NCBI RefSeq assembly: GCF_964204645.1
Contig: NC_134028.1
Span: 6,882,001 to 6,946,000, forward strand
Direction of reading: 5' to 3'
Origin: Tubulanus polymorphus
Taxonomy: Eukaryota > Animalia > Nemertea
Length of the DNA: 64,000 nt
The notes beneath the pieces are model-generated. The model saw nothing but the letters and a program-made list of their open reading frames with translations. It was not told where the DNA came from and ran no database searches. This document shows, in pieces, positions 1-12,765 of the stretch. Made by a program: the position numbers and the translations under genes. Position 1 is the first letter of the stretch. Each line of letters starts with the position of its first letter.

Positions 1-2519
1 ATGGTTTTTGGCCCGTTGCAAGCATCCCATACGAGTTTGGAAGTGGGATTGTCGGTTATTGTAGATGGCTTCTCTCGGTTACCGATCCAAACGTAGATCA
101 TCCTTTTCGGTTCTTGCATCGAACGGTTCAGAATCATTTCCGTGGATTTAACCCATTTTTCATCAGAAAAAGCCGATTGCGATCCCAACACAATGATGGC
201 ATGACTATCGTCGACGGACTGTTCGATCATTTCCGCCGAAACCAGAGCATGAAATTGAGAGTCAATTTCGGATGTTATTTTGACCTCATTTAGCCTCATC
301 ATTTGGTGTAAGATTTGAATGAATGGATTGCAAACCAGGTGACAAGCGGTACTCGCATGAACGACTGCCTCGGTTTTAAACCGACCACCTTGAAATATTC
401 TCTCATCCAATATTTGCCTGTAGATGAAACTAGCTAAACATGGCCTGCCCGGGAATGCTGTGAGAAGATCTTTAGCCGCTTTAAACCTTATCGTCAGGTA
501 TTCATTCAAACCTAGATGCCCCGATCCATGTTCGCATTGTAGAATATTCAACAAAAAATTCGTGCCGCTGATGGGCCAGTTATGCATGTCTGACTCGCGG
601 TGCTTGATAAGTTCGACCAGTTTGTCTTTACTTCTTATGAATACGTCTCTAAGATGTAGTGTCTTCATTAGAAATTCCTTGTTGAACCGATAGACACTGT
701 AAAATGATCTTTCTTCCGAGGTGGAGGGATTTCTTATCCTCGATGTTGCTGCTAAGTGACACGCCAAAAGATACAATCCTTCAGCTGATTCACGTCTACC
801 CGATTCATGTAGCAGACTCGCCCATGCTATCACGATATCCCCAACACTAAACCGCTCAGTCTCCAAGCCATCAACAAAACATTCTACACATTCTTCATAT
901 ACCTCGGACAAATCTTCGGCGTACAAGATATGAAGTATGCCTTCGATTCGTTTCATTCCTGGCACTTGTTTGATATGGTCGATCGCTTTTTTCAGACGTG
1001 GGTGCCCCGGAGACCTGCCCGGAAAACCTTGTAAAGAACAATAACGTATCCCATCGACGAGGTTGACCGCTGGCAAAAAACCGGCATGGTAGTTTCGTTC
1101 TGCAAAGGAAATAGTGTGAGAAAGGTGACATCCCATATACATGTAAGGCATCGCAACCATTCTCTAGATAGAGACTGCAAATCCCTGGTAGGCAATTGGT
1201 AATGGGTAATAGTTAGATTATGCACGACAAAAAAACGAAGACCTGCATCACATTAAACTGTCGCGACCGCTTTACATATTGTGTCAATGAACAAACAAGC
1301 CCCCTTATAACAATTCTACGGAGTGCATCAGGCATTGTCGTCGTTTATCATCGTGCGTTAGTAACACGGATATGGAATTTAGGAGGTGGTCATTGGAAGG
1401 AGAAAAAGCAAGTTTGACTCAAATATTTCGGGACATGAATCGTACAATCTGAGTTCGATACTTACTGACACTAGATTTTCCTTTCATTACTTGTAAAACC
1501 TGCACAATCGCCAGGCGGTAATGCGAAAAACTATCGCCCATCGCGATAGCTGTTTCGAGCAAGCGTTCAGCGTCGTCCAACAATTCATCTCGTGACATCA
1601 ATTCCCTAGCGATTGCTTGTAAATGGAAAAGCGCGCTGGAATAGTTCAAATCGAGCGTTGTTTGCGCTTTTTGCAAACACTGACTCAGATTCTCTCGATT
1701 CGGAGTACAATCAGCCAGTTTAACGCATCGCTTATTCTCCGGCCTGGTCGAGCTGTAACGCCGATATAACTGTACGAATAAGAGCCAACATCTCGATATA
1801 AAGTGCGGGAAATTGCTTTCATCGAGTTCGGATAGAACATCTCGTAAAATAGCCGTACCCTTGACTACTTCAATTTCAGGTTGGTCGGAATGGGGATTGA
1901 ATCGTTGATGCTTTCCGCCAACTGCTTTATCAAAAATTCTCCAAATCAGACGAACTAACTCGTACTTCCAGATGAGGACTCCTCGTTGCCGACGACGTCT
2001 CGGGTCGGTTCTCGCGCAGTATTCTATGAAACGTTCGTGTTTCTCAATAGCCCTGTACAGAAACCAGGGACCGTATCTTCGATAAGCATATCCGACGTTA
2101 GCCATCGCGTATTCCGTCGCTTCTTCGGTTTGCGAGTTTTTAAGTTTCCGCAGCATCTCGGACGCTTCCTCGCTGCGAAACTCTTCCCAGAAAACTATTC
2201 CCAAATCAACCATGGCCACGACGTTATCTGGTTCATCCGCCAAGACTCGTTGCAATTTTTCTATAGCATCCGACACATTTCCCATCTTGTATTCTAGAAA
2301 TGCCAGCAGGAGGATCGTGCGGTTTTCCAATTTCTTATATTCCGCGGACATTCCTTGCGGCGCGCGATCGGTAAAAAGCGATTCGTTCGATAGTTCGGCA
2401 GATTTTTCGTCTAAAAACGATTTTGTCAATACCGAAACACATTTACCATCGACTAAAAGATCCATATCGAAATGATTTGGATATCTCTTGAATTCTGATC
2501 GAATACTGCTTTGCGCCAT
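1..2519 (-). CDS. TTC22/IFIT-like TPR protein with C-terminal TIR-like domain (coding exons 2519-1466 and 1099-<1; runs off window edge)
   Basis: N-terminal YPNHFDMDL and TPR helices (LLAFLEYKMGNVSDAIEKLQRVLADEPDNVVAMVDLG) resemble TTC22/IFIT. Donor GTC A|GTAAGT at 1465 and acceptor TTTGCAG| at 1100 are phase-compatible. The frame 1099-1 has no stop and ends in ...EMIEQSVDDSHAIIVLGSQSAFSDEKWVKSTEMILNRSMQEPKRMIYVWI, a TIR-like pattern. Confidence 0.8.
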
Positions 2520-3177
2520 CTTGCGATTATGAGCTCCCCTCTTCAATGATGAGCAAGTGACTTTGTTTTGAAAGGTTGGATCTCCACCTTACGATCTCGG
2601 CGATATCTACAGATTGCAATGTATATATATATTAGTATAATTACGATATCATTCGGAAATGCATATCATTCCGCTATTCAACGCCACCTTGTTTGTGCTT
2701 ACAAAACATAAAATGGCAAAATAGTACTTCAATATTCAACTCCTCCATGATAAACATTGTCAACCTCAAGGGATTCCAACCCACTTCGTTTAAGCCGTTC
2801 CCCGCCGGGGGAAGCGAGTTCGGGACCGATATCGGACCCCTGGCAACGGAATTTTAGGTCACTTGACGGCGGACTGACGGAAAGTGAACGCATTAGCCCG
2901 CTGGGACGTTAGCCATAACGAGTTAGAATGCACCATTAGAAAACAATTAAAATGAAACAAGATTGTCCAGAGCACCCCTTGAAAGGCGCATCTTCAGTAT
3001 TAGAAGCGAAAGTGAAACTAGGTTATCTGTAGCACTCCCCAAACCTGTCTTACGAGAAAATGAAAGTAATACCATAGGCCCATTCAGAAATTGTTAGTGA
3101 ATGTTCAATTCTTTTTCAGAATCACAACCTCTCACATAGATAATTTGAAATCCGGGTTGAAGCACATTTTAACTCAC

Positions 3178-3222
3178 CTCCGTAAACGAAATCGAAGCTC
3201 AGTCGCATTCAGAACAACGGCT
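3178..3222 (-). promoter_or_regulatory. Putative non-coding leader exon (shared cassette, copy 1)
   Basis: GCCGTTGTTCTGAATGCGACTGAGCTTCGATTTCGTTTACGGAG|GTGAGT donor; a candidate acceptor at 2607 lies upstream of the TPR-TIR ATG; homologous copies at ~21321, 24351, 27980, 35313. Confidence 0.55.
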
Positions 3223-3225
3223 GTA

Positions 3226-3423
3226 TAAGACTACCTGGTACTCGCTATTTTCATCGCGCTACCCGGTACTGGGTATTCCCAGTACCGGGTAGCGCGATGA
3301 AACCGAGTAGTCTTAGCCTTTTAGGAGTCTGTAAAAAAAGAATTTGCACCATTGTGGCTGATTCGGGCAATGTAAAAAAAAAAAACAATAAATGGTGCAA
3401 ATTCTTTTTTACAGACTCCTAAA
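3226..3423. repeat. Two adjacent hairpins / inverted repeats
   Basis: tttcatcgcgctacccggtactggg-tatt-cccagtaccgggtagcgcgatgaaa (25-bp perfect stem), then ttaggagtctgtaaaaaaagaatttgcaccatt...aatggtgcaaattctttttttacagactcctaa. Confidence 0.85.
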
Positions 3424-5047
3424 ACACGAAGGTACAGAGCCGCAACTTTCAGCGACCTTGACACCAAACACGTGAACTATCTAGGTGCGCGAATGTTGTT
3501 ATGACGTCATAATACTCTAAATAAACAACACCGCGCGGTCTCGCGATACGCGCGTGGAAGGATCTAAAATCTATTCTGCGATGTATTTTAAATAATATTT
3601 ATAAAAGAATCCATTTAAAGACTATAGATAACATATAAAACATAAAATTAATTGAAAGCAACATCGCTGGAAGATTAGTTTTAAAAATTTGATTGGTGTC
3701 AATCATCAATTACCGCTAATTTACATTGTCACCATGCCTACGAAATGAAGTAATTTTTCTTGTGGGGTCTCAACAACTAAATCAGGGTGGCGTAGGCATG
3801 GTAACAATGTTCAAATCCAACAAATTTGACAAAATGGAGGATTTTCTCTCTCATTCAACTGGACTTAAGGAGTCTTTTTGCCAATCCATCTAATTGGTAC
3901 AGAACTGGAAATATATCGGATATTCAGTTGTTGTCCGCGATGTTTGGCATTCTGTTAAGACATAAATGAGGTATGTACCCCAAAAAGTAAGCAAAATATC
4001 CAAGAAAAACAGGTCTCATCAATTAATAAATAGACATTAGTACTACTACTCTTCTGTCGCATCGAATCGGAACCTGATTCCCGAAGCAGCCAAGGTCCTA
4101 ACGAGAAGAATAAACGAAACAAATGTAAGTGTCCTGCACTCAATTCTACGGTGTCTAATTATCTTCAAGTGTCTACTCCATCCACACTTTAATGTAGTCT
4201 ACAAAAACATGGACAAGCGATACTTTAGTAGATTAGGTTCTCATCAAACAATCTACTGGGGGTTGAGTGTACGTGTAGGTAGTGTACTCACTGCTACTTA
4301 TCTTATTTTTAGGAAACATTTTTGACAGACCACCTATCTACTAGTGTCGAATGATTTTTCCATGGACCCGAAAAGTAGGCCTAGGCCTCGTCGTAAGACG
4401 GTAGGCTATTCATGTCATTTATTTACATAACTATGAAGTCTTGAAATAAATTTCCACATGCAATTTTTTTATTTCAAAGGCAATGTTTTTTTTTTTCAGA
4501 GAGTTCAGCCTGTTACAGGAACCCGAACAATGCTAATTTAGAGGTCAACTTGTGACTAGATAAGCCAGGTTTACAGGATTGGAGATGATAAAAAGTGAGT
4601 AGGCCTCACTGACTGAATGGTAAATACATCATCTGTAGTCATCGCTGCTGTATTGAATCATTTAACTTTCAGCAATCAATTGATTTTTTTGTTTGCTTTT
4701 ATTCATTTTTAGGTGATGCAGATATCAAGTACAAGGGCATGAAGTTGAATCTTTAAACTGGGGATTGTCAAGATTTTACTTGTTTCCATCTTTTCACTTT
4801 GATGTTTGAATAAATCTAAACATATAAAAGAGCTTTTTCTTATGCGTATTCTTGAAGTCGTGAATTCCTATTCATTCCTACTAACAGAAGAAAATAAGAG
4901 AAGCTTCGTCTACACTTGCATCTTATACCGAGGTTATGCGTCTACACTAAGCTCGCAACACGGGTTGAATGCAAAAAGCCAGGTTTTTGAAAAAGGAGTT
5001 ATATAACCTATTGAGAATTGAACCTATGTTCACGAAAAACTCTACAG

Positions 5048-5177
5048 GGCCCAGTTTCACGAAAAAGTTTAAGCCTAAAACGGTTAAGTTTGAATTGTTG
5101 TCCTCATTCAAAACATGAAGTACCCAATAGCAATTACACCAAAAATTTGAGTTTAACTCTTTTGTGAAACTGAGACC
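5048..5177. mobile_element. PIF/Harbinger-like MITE (ggcccagtttcac...gtgaaactg family)
   Basis: Short TIR element; similar elements at ~37397-37504 (CAG/CTG flanks), ~43777-43969 and ~55897-56002. Confidence 0.5.
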
Positions 5178-7387
5178 AGATGTGGATTCAATTACTGGAG
5201 CTAAATAAGTGTAGATGCAGCCCTGCAAACGCTGGGTACATATGAACCCGCATACTTTGAAACCCGGGTTCAACGAGCTGTAGACGTGTTAATATATATC
5301 GCAGTCAGAAAAAGAAGCAAATTGAAAGTACATCAATCTTTTATTTCCAACCTAAAACAATGAGACAGAAGGTTTGAATGCAACAAGCCATTTGAGCAAT
5401 TGCGGTTACTAATTTGTAAAATGTATTGATATGATATGGAAGGCCAACTGCTGAATTCCATGGGTACCATCAGAACCAAATGCACGCTACTTGCCATCTA
5501 CCTGAAATAAACAAATGTCAATATTATGTTATAAACAAATAAATATGAAAAAAATGCAAATTTCTGCTTGATACAACTTACATTTGAATGGGAAAATCGG
5601 TTATAAAATATCTGCTATGTCTGACAAATAACTGACGAATCCTATAAAACAAAAAATATATTATCTTTAAAATAAAATTAACAATTCAAAGATTTTTGGC
5701 AATCTTCCAATACAATTAACATAGGTCCCTAGTAGGCCTACGCTAAACACTTACTGAGCCAGACAACCTGATATCCTTTCAAACAAAACTGAATTCGACA
5801 TTAGATGTGAGATGCGTGAAAATGAGCCATAGGCTGGTTTTCCACGAGAAACAGATCAATCAAATTTATTTCCCTTTAGCCGTTTCCACAACAAGGGTGC
5901 GGCACTGTTGGACAGGACAGACACACATTTTCGAGTCTGTATTAATCAATTGTTTACTGTGACAGCGCAGTAATTAGTCAGAATTTTCAGGGAAATCCCC
6001 TACAAAAATGGCCCCACCACCCGAAGACCTGCACACAAATTTCTGTGTCAGAGCCAAAATTGAGGTAACGCCTGCGCTTTTACGCCTTTCTCGTGGAAAA
6101 TCCTAGTTTAGACATATTACGCAACGAATTCAATATTTCCTTATGCCAAATGATTACTCTCATAACAGTCCTTCATTTCAGGATTCAATAAGTCTCAGTA
6201 TGTGTTTTATAGACTGTGGCACTAGTCCAATTACAATAATTTTCGAATTTGGTCCGCAGTTTACGATTAGGCCTAACTTGATGACGCAAATTCTAAGTCA
6301 ACTCGTAATAGGGAGTACACATTCTATATATCAAAATTGACAGGAGAACAAGATCTAATTACGTATGTTTTCAGATTTCGAATGAACCCAATTATATTCG
6401 GGTTAAAGTCATCAAAATTAATAAGGTAAAAACGCTAGCTCATAAAATTAGTTTTGAAGTAGTACGAGAAACTGGGAATATCTCACTTATTTCCAATGCC
6501 ATATAGACATATAAGGTATCATTCGATTCGTTTTTAGATGGGTTTTAATACTATTGGGTATTTGGATGACTGAACTGTCTATTCTACCTTAAATTCTTCC
6601 AAAACTTTGAGATTTCGGAGGCCCAAAACCGGCAAAATGACAAAATTACTTGATTGATGTCTGTCTGCAGAGTTTCCAGAACCTGTCATGTCAGGTCTCG
6701 AGACCTGACATGACAGGTCCGACAGGTCCGACCTGTCATGTCAGGTCCCGAAAAAACCCAAACTCACGACTATATTTGACGAAACTGCGGAATGTCTTGG
6801 CATGTGCTAGACGAATGGAAGAACATTTGTGGACGAATATCGAGTTAGATAGACTTTAACTTTAACTTTATCCCATTGCTCCAAATGATTACAAAAGTTA
6901 TATTCAATGAAATATCAACATCAATACAGGAGAGTACTTAAGACATTTCTTCCCGGGACATTTTTACCTACATTCGTACAAAATACCTCCCGGACCTAAA
7001 TCAAGGGTTTAACCGGGAATGGAGTCATTATTTTAGACTTGATTGCTGTCGATTTCTTTTTGTTCCTTGGTTTTATAACTTTTCAATAAAAATCCTGTTT
7101 CTTATATTATACTGTTGCTTTGTTGTTGATGGGTATACATTTCTTTACGAATTCCTCGTCAGGTAAATTGTTAGCGATAACGACATCTCAAGTACAGTGA
7201 GAGTCGGCCGTGATAATTGAGGATTGTCGATCACCAGGCATATACCACTTAAGCCCTAGTGCATTATGTACTATTATTTATGAAAATAAATAAATTAATT
7301 AAGTTAGTGTTGTAAAACTGCATTCATTCATTGAGTTGCAATTCATGAACAGTTAGTGAAATATGCCCTTTATCTAAATTGAACCCT

Positions 7388-10300
7388 AAAATGAAACAAT
7401 TGATTTCTGCGACGATGACTATATAGAGGAGTATCCAGTTTTGGACGATGACAATTTACTACGAAGAGCCGCCCGTGTGTGTGTCAGGATCGTTTGAAAT
7501 CGCTAGAACTTCCACAATTTCACCTGGATTAGATTGGAACAGAGTCAAGCGCACGACGATACGAATTGTCACAGATATACAACTAGCCGTGCACCATGAC
7601 TGGTGAAAAAGAGGTAATTTGAAGAATTTAGTTAGAATGGTTAGCAATTGATATTATACTCATTACTATAAAGAGTCTATAAAAAGTAAAGTTTTTATTC
7701 ATTTTATCAGTTCTAATGCAGACCTGTCACCTCAGGTCTCGAGTAGCTCTGCAAATTGGCGCGCGTTGCAGTATGAGGTCTTGCGTCATAATAATTGTTT
7801 TATAGTAATTTAAGATTAACTATATCTATAGTTAGCAATTGATATTATATTCATAATTATAAAGAGGTCATAAAAATTCATAAAAAGTAAAGTTTTTATA
7901 TATTATTTATATATAAAGAGTCTATAAAAAGTAAAAGTTTTATTCATGTTATCAGTTTTAGTGCAGACCTGTCACCACAGGTCTCGAGAAGCTCTGCAAA
8001 ATGGCGCACGTTGCCGCCGTATGAGGTCTCGCTTCAAAATCATTGTTTTATAGTAACTTTAGATTTAATCTATCTTTGATTAGCAATTGATGTTATACTC
8101 ATTACTATATATAGGTTATAAAAAGTAAAGTTTTTATTCGTTTCATCACTTTTCAAGCAGACCTGTCACCACAGGTCCCGAGAAGCTCTGCAAAATGGCG
8201 CACGTTGCCGTATGAGGTCCCGCTTCAAAATCATTGTTTTATAGTAACTTAAGATTTAATCTATCTTTGATTAGCAATTGATGTTATACTCATTACTATA
8301 TATAGGTTATAAAAAGTAAAGTTTTTATTCATTTCATCACTTTTCAAGCAGACCTGTCACCACAGGTCCCGAGAAGCTCTGCAAAATGGCGCACGTTGCC
8401 GTATGAGGTCTCGCTTCAAAATCATTGTTTTATAGTAACTTTAGATTTAATCTTTCTACGGTTAGCAATTGATGTTATACTCATTACTATATATAGGTTA
8501 TAAAAAGTAAAGTTTTTATTCATTTCATCAGTTTTAGTGCAGACCTGTCACCACAGGTCCCGAGAAGCTCTGCAAAATGGCGCACGTTGCCGTATGAGGT
8601 CTCGCTTCAAAATCATTGTTTTATAGTAACTTTAGATTTAATCTTTCTACGGTTAGCAATTGATGTTATACTCATTACTATATATAGGTTATAAAAAGTA
8701 AAGTTTTTATTCATTTCATCAGTTTTAGTGCAGACCTGTCGCCACTGGTCCCGAGAAGCTCTGCAAAATGGCGCACGTTGCCGTATGAGGTCCCGCTTCA
8801 AAATCATTGTTTTATAGTAACTTAAGATTTAATCTTTCTACGGTTAGCAATTGATGTTATACTCATTACTATATATAGGTTATAAAAAGTAAAGTTTTTA
8901 TTCATGTTATCAGTTTTAGTGCAGACCTGTCACCACAGGTCCCGAGAAGCTCTGCAAAATGGCTCACGTTGCCGTATGAGGTCTCGCTTCAAAATCATTG
9001 TTTTATAGTAACTTTAGATTTAATCTATCTTTGATTAGCAATTGATGTTATACTCATTACTATATATAGGTTATAAAAAGTAAAGTTTTTATTCATTTCA
9101 TCACTTTTCAAGCAGACCTGTCACCACAGGTCCCGAGAAGCTCTGCAAAATGGCGCACGTTGCCGTATGAGGTCTCGCTTCAAAATCATTGTTTTATAGT
9201 AACTTTAGATTTAACAATTTGCGTCGAATTAATCATGTCCGACAGTTACGTGGCTGGCTAAATAGTCAGTCACAAGAACAAATCAACAACCGAATTCGTC
9301 GCGATATTTTTTTTCTGGACGTGATGAGCCCAGTAAAACACGTGTTTGTCATGCGACTGATCGTCCACTTGTGGAACCAGAAGATAAATCGGCAGCTGAT
9401 TGCCGAAATAGAAAAGTGCAGCGATTTGCCGACATCTTTTGATGATTTTGGTCGGATTAAAATAAATGGTAATGTAAACTACCATCTTTAGTCGATAGAT
9501 ATCGATGACATTTCTATAACCCAGACCATAATCAATTTTGCAGCTTATACCGAACCAGCCGAAAACGACCTGAACGCCGAAAATGACGAACAACAACGAA
9601 GCGACGTCACCAACGACATGCCAAACGATTGTAAGTTCCGTGAATTTGTGATGTTGAGGGCTTTTCAATAGATACCGGAGTTACTTAAACAAACAATTCT
9701 TGCAGCTTCTATGGAACGAGACCCAGAACCAGCCGAAAACGACCTGAACGCCGAAAATGACGAACAACAACGTAGCGACGTCACCAACGACATGCCAAAC
9801 GATTGTAAGCTCCGTGAATTTGTGATGTTGAGGGCTTTTCAATAGATACCGGAGTTACTTAAACAAACAATTTTGCAGCTTCTATGGAACGAGACCCAGA
9901 ACCAGCCGAAAACGACCTGAACGCCGAAAATGACGAACAACAACGAAGCGACGTCACCAACGACATGCCAAACGATTGTAAGTTCCGTGAATTTGTGATG
10001 TTGAGGGCTTTTCAATAGATACCGGAGTTACTTAAACAAACAATTTTGCAGCTTCTATGGAACGAGACCCAGAACCAGCCGAAAACGACCTGAACGCCGA
10101 AAATGATGAACAACAACGAAGCGACGTCGCCAACGACATGCCAAACGATTGTAAGTTCCGTGAATTTGTGATATTGAGTGTTGCGAGAATGTGATCAGTT
10201 TAATGAGTAAAATCAATCCGTTTGCAGGGAATGATGGATTCGACGAAGCGGAGCTTGAGAGAGCGTGTCGAGAGTCACTGCATGAATCGAAAGAGCGATA

Positions 10301-12247
10301 TCTACACGAAAAACGATTGGAAGAGTTGGTGGAATTCCATAAATTGAGGATAATCCCGGTTGCAGATGACGGTAGCTGTTTCTTTTCTGCAGTGATTACC
10401 CAACTCAATAGAGAAGGGTTAGATCTAACTGCCAACGAATTGCGGCAAATGGTAGTTGCCTACTTACGAGATAATAGATTTATTTCAGTACGTGCTTGAT
10501 GTTGTGTCTGCGATAGACATTTGTTCTATTTCGATTTGTTAAAAAAGGGAAACGGCCGATATACTAGTATTTATATGTACGCGACTGCTACTTTCCAGAA
10601 TGGGATAGATAGATACGACTTTTTAGAAAATAACACCACGTGGGATGAATATCTCCGAGATATGAGTTGTCCGACAACATGGGCTGATGCGTTAGTAGTG
10701 AGAGCTACATCGGATACGTTAAAGAGAAGGCTCATGATATACTCGAGTAGGGCGAATTCTACCATAACAGCCGTTGAACCCGAAGAGGGTGATGAACGCT
10801 GTCCAATAAATATCGGACACATACAGGAATTCCATTATGTTGGTCTTGCAAAGAAAAAATATGTCCCTAAAAGAACTATTTCGACTGAAAACCAACGGAA
10901 GACAACATTGCGGCAAAAACCGGTAGCAAAGGTAATGTCGTTCTACCTTCCGCAAAAAAGCAAATCGAATATTGAAACTATCTGTATGTGCATGTATTTT
11001 GAAATAATATTCATGTTTATTCACAGAGGAAAAGCGTGAATTTCGTTTACTCTTCGCCAAAACGTAAATCACGGAAGCGCAGCCCTGGAATCTACTGTGT
11101 GTGCAGGAAACCAGATGACGGAAGGTATAATTTGATGTACATTTCTTGAAATAATTGCAACAACTTAACATATCACTGGTTGAACGAATTCAGACATATT
11201 CAGAGTTCTGGTTTATTCCATTTCAGACAGTATATAGCATGCGAAAAATGCGATGCATGGTTCCATCCTGCCTGTATCGGTTTGGAGGAAGAGTCGTCTC
11301 TTGAAGAAATGGATTTCTCCTGCGAAAACTGTAGAGCGGTAACGAACTCATCATTTTATTATGTACAACTCTTTTTTAATCATGCCGGTATCTATCTCAT
11401 TGGTCAATATGTTTTCTTTTAGGTTCCATTGGCATTTCTTATTACTCAAGTGAGTGTTTGCAAACTGAAATACACGCATAATCGACGCGTATGATAGATT
11501 CATATATCATAACATAAGATTTATTTTCGTTTAAGATTGAACATCTCAATGAGAGGATATTGGTAACGATGAATGCCCCCATCGACAGGTATGTAAATTA
11601 CTCGGCATAAAATCGAAGATAGAAGAATTGAATTAGTATTCAAGCTATTTACCCATATTTTGTATGATTCATCTTGTTTGCAGTGACAAACCTGAGCATA
11701 GACGGCACGTTGAATTTCTTTCGAAAAGACAAGATAGGCCAGAACATGGTTTGAAGGGGTTTGGAGCTGTATCTAATATCTTGAACAATATTTGGCTAAT
11801 TTGGTCGAGAAAAGGTTCATCGATAAAAGGTTGGTAATTCGTATTTATCGAATATGGTCGGTGTTTGTAACAACTGTATCAACGATCAATTTCCGATTTC
11901 CAGCGCTCCGTATACAACTATGTATTTCTCAGTAAAGCCAAGACATTCAATGGATCTTGAAGCAGCATTTCGAGCCGATTCGATGTAAGTACTGGTGCTA
12001 CGAGTAATTCTTAAATTCCAATGATCTTGTTTCAGCCAAATCGATGGTCATGTTTACTTTTATTTTCAGGAGCGCCGTTTACTACATTAACGATGTAATC
12101 AAGAAGGAGATTGTGAACACATTGGTGATGAGGTATCGAAATATCTCATACCAAGGAAGTGACAATTTAGGTCGTCGTACTGAGGCGAAAAAGTACGCCA
12201 TCGTACTACAACTAATGAAGAAATTCTTTAACGATGATTTTTTGTAA
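7388..12247 (+). CDS. Multi-exon UIM-like + OTU deubiquitinase + PHD finger gene (this copy probably partly disabled)
   Basis: Phase-consistent GT-AG exons 9209-9468, 9544-9630, 9706-9804, 9879-9977, 10052-10150, 10228-10487, 10599-10931, 11027-11124, 11227-11338, then small exons to TAA at 12247. OTU motifs VADDGSCFFSAV...TWAD...EFHY; PHD YCVCRKPDDGRQYIACEKCDAWFHPACIG...FSCENC. The upstream exon ending at 7613 has three in-frame stops, and there is an apparent 1-nt frameshift near 11778. Confidence 0.8.
7641..9208. repeat. ~191-bp tandem array (8 units) inside the TIR element
   Basis: gcagacctgtc anchor at ~7718, 7963, 8157, 8348, 8539, 8730, 8921, 9112; each unit carries a gacctg...caggtc mini-palindrome related to the TIR motif. 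Confidence 0.95.
9544..10150 (+). repeat. 173-174 bp exon+intron tandem repeat (about 3.5 units)
   Basis: 99-nt phase-1 symmetric exon (SMERDPEPAENDLNAENDEQQRSDVTNDMPND) plus ~75-nt GTAAG...TTGCAG intron, repeated almost identically. Confidence 0.9.
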
Positions 12248-12380
12248 CAAATACCCAAATACATGCTTTTAACCGTATAAAATGTTATCATAAGATACTT
12301 ACATTAATGAATTGAGTTCATAATAATCATAAATTCCTACTCAAATGATTGTAAGCAAGTAAGTCAAATTAGAAAGTCAG

Positions 12381-12765
12381 TTTCATGTTTTATTATTGTA
12401 AAAAGCATTCCCGTGTATATTTTCATGTTTTAATATTGTAAAAAGCATTCTACTTTGTATTTTCATGTTTTCCTGTATATTTTCATGTTTTAATATTGTA
12501 AAAAGCATTCTCCTTTGTATTTTCATGTTTTCCTGTATATTTTCATGTTTTAATATTGTAAAAAGCATTCTCCTTTGTATTTTCATGCTTTCCTGTATAT
12601 TTTGATGTTTTAATATTGTAAAAAGCATTCTACTTTGTATTTTCATGTTTTCCTGTATATTTTCATGTTTCAATATTGTAAAGAGCATTCCCCTGTATAT
12701 TTTCATGTTTTAATATTGTAAAGAGCATTCCCCTGCATATTTTCATGCTTCATTATTGTAAAAAA
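12381..12765. repeat. 60/39-bp AT-rich minisatellite
   Basis: tttcatgttttaatattgtaaaaagcattc... repeated about 7 times; it explains the repetitive ORF 12383-12706. Confidence 0.9.

Noticed and set aside
3100-3222. Spliced-leader RNA gene
   Set aside because: A short exon, donor and possible stem are present, but I see no canonical Sm site downstream, the copies diverge, and each has a candidate cis acceptor. Kept only as a cis leader exon hypothesis.
4380-5760. Small exon-like segments on both strands
   Set aside because: Splice signals look real, but no consistent reading frame or snoRNA boxes were found, so no product can be assigned.
7641-10150. Regular repeats resembling a CRISPR array
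   Set aside because: Units are near-identical over their whole length with no unique spacers, the context is eukaryotic, and there are no cas genes.
12383-12706. 107-aa repetitive ORF
   Set aside because: It is a translation of the 60-bp minisatellite.
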